From contig OY740795.1 of assembly GCA_963514005.1 (NCBI GenBank), forward strand, positions 40,114,001-40,178,000: a DNA stretch of 64,000 bases, written 5' to 3'. Below, piece after piece: positions 1 through 9,142 of the stretch; position 1 is the first letter of the stretch, and the number at the start of each line of letters is the position of its first letter. The DNA is from Raja brachyura. Taxonomy: Eukaryota. A model generated the notes under the pieces. That model saw only the letters and a program-made list of their open reading frames with translations, did no database searches and had not been told where the DNA came from. Both the position numbers and the translations under genes were made by a program.

Positions 1-727
1 CTAGTGTTTGATATAAGAATTCCCAATTAACCCTATCAAAAGCCTTTTCCGCATCTAGGCTTATCAGGACAGCACGTGTACTTGCCTTTTGAATCTTGTG
101 TATTATATGTAGGGTTCTTCTAATGCTGTCCTGTGTTTGTCTGCTTATTATAAAACCAGTCTGGTCTTCATCAATTAAATCTGGCATGAACGTTTCAAAT
201 TGTTTGGAGATAATTGAAGAATATAATTTATAGTCCACATTCAGAATTGATATCGGTTTGTAGTTGGTACAATTTTCCTTGTCTTTGTTCTCTTTGGGGA
301 TTAATGTTATAATTGCCTCCTTCCATGACGGGGGTGTCTTGCCTTCTTTGATAATCCAGTTAAAGGTTCTCAGAAGAAGTGGGTTCAGCTCATTCCAAAA
401 TATTTTATACCACTCTATAGGGAAACCGTCGCTGCCTGGGGCCTTGTTTGTTTTCATCCTACCGATTGTCTTCTCTATCTCCTCCAGTGATATTTCTGCT
501 GTGATTATTTTATTTTGTGTCTCTCCAATACAGGGCAGATCTATTATACTTAAAAAAGTCCTCATTGATTCCCCATCTACTGTAGAGGTTTGTGTATATA
601 ATTCTTTATAATATTCCTGGAAGATATATTCTATTTATTTTGAATTGCTCTTCAAATTCTGTGTACAGGGGTCCTTCATTTTGTGTATGGTGTTGTCAGC
701 CTGTTGTTTGCGTAGCCTTCAGGCAAG
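1..727 (-). mobile_element. L1/Tx1-type LINE (L1a) ORF2, post-endonuclease linker into RT; continues beyond window start
   Basis: Minus strand reads IL A*RLRKQQADNT..., [42 protein letters not shown] (L1 RT motifs); joins the 6056-8890 half in frame once DIRS-A is removed. Confidence 0.9.
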
Positions 728-738
728 TATTTCGTTTC

Positions 739-788
739 GGAGTCACGTGAGTGACTTTGTGAAGCACCCAGCACGCATGCGCGACATA
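739..788 (+). promoter_or_regulatory. Left terminus with E-box palindrome (TCACGTGA) and NRF1-like GCATGCGC; putative internal promoter/recombinase-binding region
   Basis: Both motifs recur at the left end of DIRS-B (26411-26461); function is inferred. Confidence 0.4.
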
Positions 789-927
789 TCGTCGCAACGC
801 ATTGCAGTCGACGGCTGGAGGAGGAGCGCGGCTCAAAACCGGCCCTTCATAAGGGCCGCTCAGGTAAGTGTAACTAACCTTGAGTTGGTTGGTTTCTGTT
901 GAGAGAGTGTTTTCTTTCAACAGGAAC

Positions 928-2666
928 ATGGACAGGAAGAACAAGGGCTGTAGGACGTCCGCACGGAGTCGCCGGCCACCCATCCCGGAGCCCTCATCAA
1001 CGGCTACACCTGCGAGTCAGGCCGGGAAAAAGGTGAGGAAGTCGGGGAGCCCTGTCGCCACAGGACCCGACCCGCCGATACACCGGAGCTCCAGCGAGGA
1101 TTCCACGGAGCAGGATTTCGGTGTGCCACCGGAGCAGGTTGATCCTGACTCCGTATTGCTGTCGCCAACGGGCTCGTTGGTCGACCAGGGCAAACAGGGT
1201 TCACGTGCTGCCGCACGGCCCTTCTCCCTGAGCCCTCGGAGGAGAGGGAGGGATAGAGCCCGTCAACCTAGCCCTTCACGGGCAAAGGTATCGCCTGCCG
1301 CTAGATTGCGGACTGGTGATTTGGCGGGACTCAAGTCCACTGGGAGACCTGTGTCGACTCACCAACCACCAAGACAAGGAAGAGTCATTCGGGTGGAGTC
1401 CCGCCACAGTCGCCGAGTCCCCCGTGGATGGGAGGACGGGACCGTACGCCGTCTAGGCCCAGGATTAGGGCAGTCGGCAAGCCCGCGCGGATGTCGGGTC
1501 ACCACGCCGAGGCGTTGGGTGCCGACCTCTCACCGCGTTTGCCCTCCGAGGCAGCGGGATCGAGCTCCGCCAAAAGGAGGCGTTTGAGCGGATCCGCGCG
1601 GGAATTGCTCAGCTTCGCTGCGGCGGCTGGTAGCGACAGTTTCCGGCACCGAGATTACCTCGACGAGGTGCGGGCCGATGAACGGAGCCTCAGCAGTTCC
1701 GTTGAACATGAGGACTCCGACCGCCCGGGTTCGAAGGGCGAAGGGCGTATTGACAGAATGGAGCGGATGTTGGAACTTCTCCTGCAACAAAATCAGAGGC
1801 GGGAGACATCTAGTTCCAGAGGGCACATGGAGTTATCCCCATCGTCAGCGGGAAGCCTGAGGCAGCCGGAGGATGAGGACATCCTGGTTCATGCACCATC
1901 TACATCGGAGGCCCCTCAGGAGGAGCTCCTGGATGTCGCAACCAAATTTGCACTGTCCGAGTCATCAGGACTACCCCTCAACCCCAAACTGGCTGCCACC
2001 GTGGACTTCCTGATGAACCATCAGCTTCAGGAAGAGGTCCTGTCGGAGGCCATGAATAGGCACAAAGCCCCAGCGAATTGAAACTCCCTCAACGTGCCCA
2101 TTGTCAATACGCCGATTTGGGGCAATATCAGCCCAGGGATCAGAACCCAGGAGATGAAGCTCCAGCGGATCCTGAAGCTGCTTACTGCTGGGATTTCCGC
2201 GTTTGTATGGTCGGTGGACGGGGAGGATCTGAACACCGAGCAGGAGGATGCTCTGGCACAGTATGAGATCAACGCCTTTCGGAAGAGCATTATTAAACCC
2301 ACTCTAAACCCAAAATTTGCGGGGTTATGCAAAGAACCTCCGACGCCACCCAGACAGTTGTTCGGGGAAGACCTCCCGAAGCGGGTCAAGGAGCTGGATG
2401 ACCACGCTAAGACGGTGGGACTCATGCGGTCACATATCTCGACCAGGCAGCCGGCCAGGAAAGTGCCATTTTTCAGGCCACGAGGCCCTACCGTTAGACC
2501 AGCGAGGACCTACGCTCCAGCTCCGCCTCAATTTCAGCTGCCTCAACAACCTAGGCCTTTTTTAGGGCTAGGCCCCCAGCGGCCACCATGGAAGATGCGG
2601 ACGCTGCATCGTCAGCTCAACCCAGCACCTCCACGTCCCGCCAAACATATCAGGGACCGCCGGTAA
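928..2666 (+). pseudogene. DIRS gag-like ORF, disrupted by one frameshift (between ~1320 and 1587) and an in-frame TGA at 2079-2081
   Basis: ORFs 880-1587, 1428-2081, 2094-2666; the last two share a frame across PAN*NSLNVPIVNTPIW; downstream IKPTLNPKF...LFGEDL resembles DIRS ORF1. Confidence 0.75.
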
Positions 2667-5572
2667 CCATGGAGGTAAGGCGGTCTGGATTTCATGCACC
2701 TGCATGCTTAACTTCACATGTTGGTGGGAGACTACGGTTCTTTATGGAGGCATGGGGAACCATCACTTCTGATGAGTTTATCTTACAAAGTATTCAAGGC
2801 CATGAGATTGAATTCATCAATGGTAAAATCCCTCCATCCCAGCATATGCCAGATCGGAAATTTACACTGGCCAGCAATGAAATGGCAGTAGGCTATGCTG
2901 AAATCTTAAGGCTACAAGAAAAAGGCGTGATAGAAAGAACTATACACGAACCAATTGAATTTGTATCCAACATATTCACAAAAACCAAGAAGGATGAAGG
3001 ATGTCGGGTTATTATTGATCTGACCCATTTGAATACCTTTGTAAAATATACCCATTTCAAAATGGACACGTTCGAAACAGCCAAGTTGTTGATTTCTGAG
3101 GGCTGCTTTATGGCATGCATTGATTTAAAAGATGCATACTATTCAGTATCCATTCAGAAACACCACAGGAAGTTCTTGAAATTTACCTGGATGGATCAGC
3201 TCTGGCAATACAGGGCTTTGCCAAATGGGCTTACCACAGCCCCTAGATTATTTACTAAATTGCTCAAACCAATACTGGCTACACTAAGGAGACAAAATCA
3301 TATAGTGATGGCCTATCTGGATGATATCCTAATTATTGGGAACACCCTGGAATCAGCGGAACTGGCAGTTTCAGCCACCGTGGAAATTTTTCAGAAAATG
3401 GGGTTCATTATCCATCCAGATAAATCAAAGTTCTGCCCTTCACAGGTCATGGATTATCTGGGGTTCACGGTGGATTCCAATCGCTTGAAAGCCACCATAC
3501 CAACTAACAAAGTTGGGGATGTCACCCAAGTATGCAAGGATCTAGTCTGGGCCAGTATACCATCAATTAGACAAACTGCTAAGGTGATTGGCAAGATCGT
3601 AGCACTTTTTCCAGCTGCCCAATACGGACCTTTGCATTATCAAAATTTGCAGAGAGCCAAGATCTCAGCGTTAAAACTGAACGCTGGACATTTCGATAGA
3701 CCAATGCAGCTGCCTCTAAAGGCAAAGATTGAGTTACAAGGGTGGATTGACAATATTTGTGACTCATTTAAACTCATCATTTTGCCCAATCCGATGGTAT
3801 ACTTACAAACAGACGCAAGCTCCCATGGCTGGGGAGCTACGGACAACTACTCTAGTTGTGGAGGCAGATGGGACACCCTTGAATCTACCCTGTTGTTGTC
3901 ACAAGGGATAAACTATTTGGAGATGCTAGGAGCATTTCACGGACTTCGAGCTTATTGGTCTAACCTTACTGATGCTCATGTCTGTCTCCAAATAGATAAT
4001 ACCACTGCGGTGGCACATCTAAATCATATGGGCGGTACCCGGTCAGTTTCATGTGATGAATTGGCAAATACAATTTGGCTCTGGTGTATTCGACGGAATA
4101 TTTGGATTTCAGCTACCTATTTACCAGGTAAGCTCAATACAGTGGCAGACACCAGGTCATGCAAATTCAATGACAACATCGAGTGGATGTTGAATCCCCA
4201 AATATTCGCCAAAATTACGGCCAAATTTGGTAAACCGGATATCGACCTTTTTGCGTCACGGTTGAACCATCAGGTACCAACATATGTTTCGTGGGAACCA
4301 GATCCTGGGGCAATGGCGATGGATGCGTTCTCGCTAGACTGGGGGAAATGGTTTTTCTATGCATTTCCTCCATTTTGCCTCATCAGTCGGGTATTGCGGA
4401 AAATCCAGACAGATACTGCTAAGGGCATTCTTATCATACCCGACTGGCCTACACAGCCATGGTATCCGGTGGTCCTTGATATGATCAGTCAACCTTGGGT
4501 CCTCTTAGAGGGTTGCCCACAATTGGTAACAAACCCTGTCTCGGGAACCACATCCCTGCCACAGTCATCTAAACTTATTGGCTTGCAGGTTCTGAACAGG
4601 CCATTACTGCGGTATGGCCTATCATCTAGAACCATGGATACCATTGGAGCATCATGCTGGGAGTCCACCAGGCGGCAATATCTCACACATATCCGGAAAT
4701 GGGAAACCTACTGCGGCCGCTCCCACATTGCATACGACTCCGTTACCATCACCGACGTACTGGAATTCCTGGCTGGGTTGCATCACGATGAACATCTCAG
4801 CTACAGTGCCATCAACAGCGCCAGGAGTGCGCTGTCATTCTACCTCAATATCGAGGTAGGATCCAACAGGCTGGTGTCCAGACTCATGCGGGGAATATTC
4901 AATTCCAATCCGCCCAGACCTCGTTATAACATCACCTGGGATATTGGGAAGGTATTAACCCTGCTCAGGACGTGGTCGCCCGTGGAGGGGCTTGAGCTGG
5001 ACAAACTCACCCTGAAGCTGGTGATGTTACTGGCACTGACTTCAGCGCAGAGGGTACAGACACTCCACACGGTCAGGATCGACAGGATGATCTCTACCCC
5101 TGGTGAAGTAATCTTCTTCATAGATGAATTACTCAAGCAGCATAGGCCTGGGTTCACAGGGCTGCAGCTGAAGTTTCCGGCATACCCCGCTGATGCAAGG
5201 CTATGTTTAGCCGCCCATATCCGCCACTATGTCAAAGTGATGAGAATATTGAGGAGAATGGAGAAATACTTGCTCATCAGCCACAAGAAACCTCACCATA
5301 GAGTGACGGTGCAGACGATCTCCAGGTGGCTCAGGATCGTCTTGGGTGAGGCAGGTATTGACACTAATGTCTTTAAATCCCATTCCACCAGGGCTGCATC
5401 GACGTCGGCGGCAAGGGTCATGGAGGTGCCCATGGACCATATTCTTGCCACAGCAGGATGGGCGAACGAAGCCACCTTCCAGCGGTTTTACAATAAGCCT
5501 GTTGCCGCTCCTGCATTGTTCGCGGAGGCCGTGCTGGATGCAGGTCAAGAACGTGCAGATGTCCCCCCGTGA
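2588..5572 (+). CDS. DIRS polyprotein: reverse transcriptase, RNase H, N6-adenine methyltransferase-like domain and tyrosine recombinase in one frame (likely start ATG 2669)
   Basis: RT: IDLKDAY, LPNGL, YLDD; RNase H: TDAS, INYLE, DNTTAV, NTVAD; MT-like: DIDLFAS, FYAFPPF; YR: SAQRV, LLKQ, HSTR, AGW, FQRFY. Confidence 0.93.
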   Translation: MEDADAASSAQPSTSTSRQTYQGPPVTMEVRRSGFHAPACLTSHVGGRLRFFMEAWGTITSDEFILQSIQGHEIEFINGKIPPSQHMPDRKFTLASNEMAVGYAEILRLQEKGVIERTIHEPIEFVSNIFTKTKKDEGCRVIIDLTHLNTFVKYTHFKMDTFETAKLLISEGCFMACIDLKDAYYSVSIQKHHRKFLKFTWMDQLWQYRALPNGLTTAPRLFTKLLKPILATLRRQNHIVMAYLDDILIIGNTLESAELAVSATVEIFQKMGFIIHPDKSKFCPSQVMDYLGFTVDSNRLKATIPTNKVGDVTQVCKDLVWASIPSIRQTAKVIGKIVALFPAAQYGPLHYQNLQRAKISALKLNAGHFDRPMQLPLKAKIELQGWIDNICDSFKLIILPNPMVYLQTDASSHGWGATDNYSSCGGRWDTLESTLLLSQGINYLEMLGAFHGLRAYWSNLTDAHVCLQIDNTTAVAHLNHMGGTRSVSCDELANTIWLWCIRRNIWISATYLPGKLNTVADTRSCKFNDNIEWMLNPQIFAKITAKFGKPDIDLFASRLNHQVPTYVSWEPDPGAMAMDAFSLDWGKWFFYAFPPFCLISRVLRKIQTDTAKGILIIPDWPTQPWYPVVLDMISQPWVLLEGCPQLVTNPVSGTTSLPQSSKLIGLQVLNRPLLRYGLSSRTMDTIGASCWESTRRQYLTHIRKWETYCGRSHIAYDSVTITDVLEFLAGLHHDEHLSYSAINSARSALSFYLNIEVGSNRLVSRLMRGIFNSNPPRPRYNITWDIGKVLTLLRTWSPVEGLELDKLTLKLVMLLALTSAQRVQTLHTVRIDRMISTPGEVIFFIDELLKQHRPGFTGLQLKFPAYPADARLCLAAHIRHYVKVMRILRRMEKYLLISHKKPHHRVTVQTISRWLRIVLGEAGIDTNVFKSHSTRAASTSAARVMEVPMDHILATAGWANEATFQRFYNKPVAAPALFAEAVLDAGQERADVPP

Positions 5573-5717
5573 GGGTTTTTTTCTTTGTTGTTAATAAATA
5601 TTGTTATTATTTTTCAGTACAAGCAGTCTGGAAAGTTGATTACTCCTATCCATCCTTATAAGTTGTGTGTGACAGCATGGACGTGGTCCAGGGCATGGAA
5701 TCACAGAGCTTTGAAGT

Positions 5718-5829
5718 CTTCACGAAGTCACTCACGTGACTCCGAAATGAAATAGTAAGATTAAACGAGAACTTACCAGTTCGAAGGTTGATCTTTATTT
5801 TATGAGGAGTTGCGATGAGGGATTTCGTG
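5718..5829 (+). repeat. Internal complementary region (ICR) of DIRS-A
   Basis: 5718-5754 is the reverse complement of left end 728-764 (2 mismatches in 37); 5750-5829 is the exact reverse complement of right end 5976-6055 (80/80); the halves overlap at AAATA. Confidence 0.97.
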
Positions 5830-6055
5830 CCCTCCGCTCCCAACCCTCGATCATAAATCAACTGGTAATTAGAGTCTCTTCAATCTTACTATAACAAGTC
5901 ATTTCTCTGTTGTTGGTCCTGTGATTCCACACCGCTACTTTGAAGTATGTCGCGCATGCATGCTGGCGGGTTCTTCACGAAATCCCTCATCGCAACTCCT
6001 CATAAAATAAAGATCAACCTTCGAACTGGTAAGTTCTCGTTTAATCTTACTATTT

Positions 6056-8890
6056 TAGTGGATTTAGGGCCAAGCTCATAATGTGCCTGTTTTACAAATC
6101 TTGCTTTTTTCTCCACCTCTTGACCCAATGTTCCATCCATTTGTCCCCTCAAATCTTCTATTTGCTTATAAGTTCTCTGGTCCTTATTATTTTTGTACTT
6201 CTGTTCTAAATCCTTCAGGTCTGATATCAACTTATTATATGTTTTCATTCTGGCATTTTTAATATGTGATGCCCTGGCTATTAACCTACCTCGTATTACA
6301 GCCTTCAATGAGTCCCATAGTATGGATGGGTCCACTTCCCCATTGTCATTCTCCTCTAGATAAGTTTTGATTTCCAATTTAATATCATTAACAGTTGTTT
6401 TATCATTCAGTATTCCAACATTTAATCGCCACACTGTGTTTTTCCTTTACTGTCCATTTGAATTTTTAAGTATATGGCATTACGTTCTGATACATCTGCC
6501 ACACCAATTCTGCGATCCATTACCCTATAACAGTCTTCTTTCTGCATTAAGAAATAGTCTATTCTGGAGTAAACTGAGTGCGGTATTGAGTAATGTGTAT
6601 AGTCTCTTTCTAGAGGGTGAAAATTCCTCCAGACATCAAGAAAACCAAATTCTTCACAGGTAGTGTTTAGTAGTTTTGTTAACTGGTTCTTATTCTTCAT
6701 TTTACTTGTCGTATCAAGCCTATGATTCAGTACAACATTCAGATCCCCCCCACATATACAAATTCCTTCTGCTTCCATTGCAATAATATCAAATAGGGAT
6801 TTGAAAAAATGTTCATCACTACCTGGGGGAGCATAGATATTCACCAGTGTCAGGATATTATTATCAACTTTGCCCTTAAACTATGATATAACTCCCTTCT
6901 TTGTCTTTTATTTCTTTAAACATTTTGAATTTAACTGAGTTTGATATCAAGATTGCCGCTCTTCTTTTATGACTACAAGTAATTGAGCTATAATATGTGT
7001 TTTTATATCCAAATCTTTTCAGCTTCTCATGCTCTTGTCGCGTTAATGGGTTTCTTGTAAGTAAATAATATGCATCTTCACTTTTTTCAATTTGGTCATG
7101 ACTTTAGCCCTCTTAATTGGGTTACCCAAACCATTAACATTTAGAGACATCAACTTAAGTCCTTGACATTGCATCATTACACTTAGTGTGATTGATTTCA
7201 CCGTATCCCCTCAACTCAACACCCAAACCATTCTGAACAACAAACAAAAACATATGAACAAACAAAGGTGTTTTACCTGACAAAACAAAACAAAACATCA
7301 AATCATATATGGACTCCCAAAAAAGGGTATTCTCTCTCCTCCATAGATCCAGAATCCCTTTGTAAATTGACGGGGGAAGCGTAAAACACTAAGAAAGGGC
7401 CCTCTCCTAAATAAGGGGGGGTAACCCTCTACAGCTCTAATATTTCGCTGATCTCCCTAACAGTCGGATTTATCTAATACAGAAAGTTGTATTAAATCAA
7501 CATTAATTACACTCACATGAGGTCTGTGATGCTTGGTGATATTTTTAGAACCAGGCTTATAAACAGATTTGTCTATGAATATACATATCTATACACATAT
7601 TTGTAAACTTAGGATTCCATAAGAACTCAGCATTCTAACATATTGTGGCGGAAGCCACTGTGTTACCCATGTCTGTGCGTACCTTCATAATCATATCTCA
7701 GGTCAAGCATGAGTCTTTTGTTGTAATTCTTGAAGGCGCTCCAATGCCCGTCTGATTGTCTCTGATTCTCCGTGTCTCTCGACGAGCTGCCACCGCGCCG
7801 TTCGGTGGAGTTGTTTATGCAGTGGCGGCATGTCCGTGATTCCCGCAGCTCTTCCACTTTATAGCCTCTCTGTTGTAGCTCTTGCATGACTTCCCTTGCG
7901 TTGTTGTAGGTTTGGTGTCCGCGTTCCCAGTAAATACGTATCTTGGTAAATGGTGTCTGATAGCGGATTCCTTCCTCTGTTAGGAAGCTTTTAACATGTT
8001 TGTATGCCTTATGTTGTTGTACTACAGCGGTAGTATAGTCGTGGTCAAAAGACAGCATTCGTTCTCCAAGTTGGATCTTCTTTTGCCATGCCTGTTTGAG
8101 AACCATCTCTTTAACTTTAAATTGGAGAAAGTGGACAATGATGGATCTCGGGGGGGAGCTGAGGCTTGGTTTCTGTGCCAGGGATCTGTGTGCTCGTTGA
8201 ATCTGTAAATCTGTCATTTCAGGGATTGACATTTCACTTCTGAGAAGATTCTCCACAAACTGAAGTACTGAGCTTCCTTCCGCACCCTCCGGCACACCGT
8301 ATATCCGCAGATTATTTCTTCGGGATCTGAACTCCAGATCATTCAATTTGTCGACAAGTAACTTCTGGTCTTTCATCGTTTCTTGGAGTGTAGTGTTTGC
8401 AGCGACACTCCATGTTTCCAGCTCCTCTATTCGGGTGGGGGCTTCTTCCGTTGTTTTTTTGGTCTTTTATTACTTGCGCATTCGCTGCCATCTGAAGATT
8501 CATTTCATGTTTAAGTTCAGCCAGCTCTTCTCTCATATCCTGCTTGATATCGTCTTTGAATGATGTGAAGTCCGCTTTTAATTCTCTTCTCAAGTTGCTG
8601 ATTTGTGTACTTATACTTTTTAATCCCTCATGGAGGGCCTCTGTTACATCGTCTCCACCAGCCTGTTTGTTTTTGTCTTCGTCTGTGTCGCTTCGAGCCT
8701 GACCTTCTGTTTCTTGCTTTTCTAGCTTCTTTTTTTGCAACTTTCTGCTCTTTGTTTTGACTCCCCCACTCATACTGAACTCATAAAAACTTAAATACTC
8801 GCTTACTTTGAATTTAGGGGAGGTTTATTTATCTGACTGTACGGAGTTCTCTGTCTAATCAGCCACCATGCTCTGCCGCCTACCGGAAGT
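6056..8890 (-). mobile_element. L1a 5' half: 5' UTR, ORF1 (8773 to ~7700, frameshifted) and ORF2 endonuclease (from ~7177)
   Basis: ORF1 DLEFRSRRNNLRIYGVPEG, IQRAHR, FDHDYT; APE endonuclease NIYAP, GGDLN, YSRIDYF, WRLN, LWDSLKAVIRG; 5' end ACTTCCGGT. Confidence 0.92.
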
Positions 8891-9142
8891 GGGAAGATTT
8901 AATAGGAACCTGAGGGATAACTTTTTACACAAAGGGTTGTGGGTACATGGAACAAGCTGTCGAGGGAGGTAGTTGAGGCAAGTAGAATCGCTACATTTAA
9001 GATGCATTGGATGAGATAGGATAGGTTTAGAGGGATATGGGCAAAGCACAGGCTGGCTGGACTAGTGTAGATGGGCCACGGTGGTTGGCATGGGAAAGTT
9101 GAGCCGAAGGGCCTGTTTTCATGCTGTCTGATTCTATGACTC
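8891..9142 (+). mobile_element. CR1-type LINE 3' fragment (apparent target of L1a)
   Basis: TTTACACAAAGGGT...TGGAACAAGCTG...GAGGTAGTTGAGGC...GCCGAAGGGCCTGTTT...CTATGACTCTA tail. Confidence 0.75.

Larger units (their letters stand above)
728..6055 (+). mobile_element. DIRS1-type tyrosine-recombinase retrotransposon (DIRS-A), near intact
   Basis: gag-like ORF, RT/RNaseH/MT/YR ORF, short inverted terminal repeats (759-788 vs 5946-5978), and an ICR complementary to both termini; flanks rejoin as L1 ORF2. Confidence 0.96.

Noticed and set aside
2588-5572. Prokaryotic RT-integrase-methylase system or contaminant
   Set aside because: Domain set is standard for DIRS1 and the element is precisely embedded in a vertebrate L1
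728-6055. Ngaro/PAT-type (split direct repeat) classification
   Set aside because: Repeats are inverted (ITR plus ICR) and an MT-like domain is present, which fits the DIRS1 group
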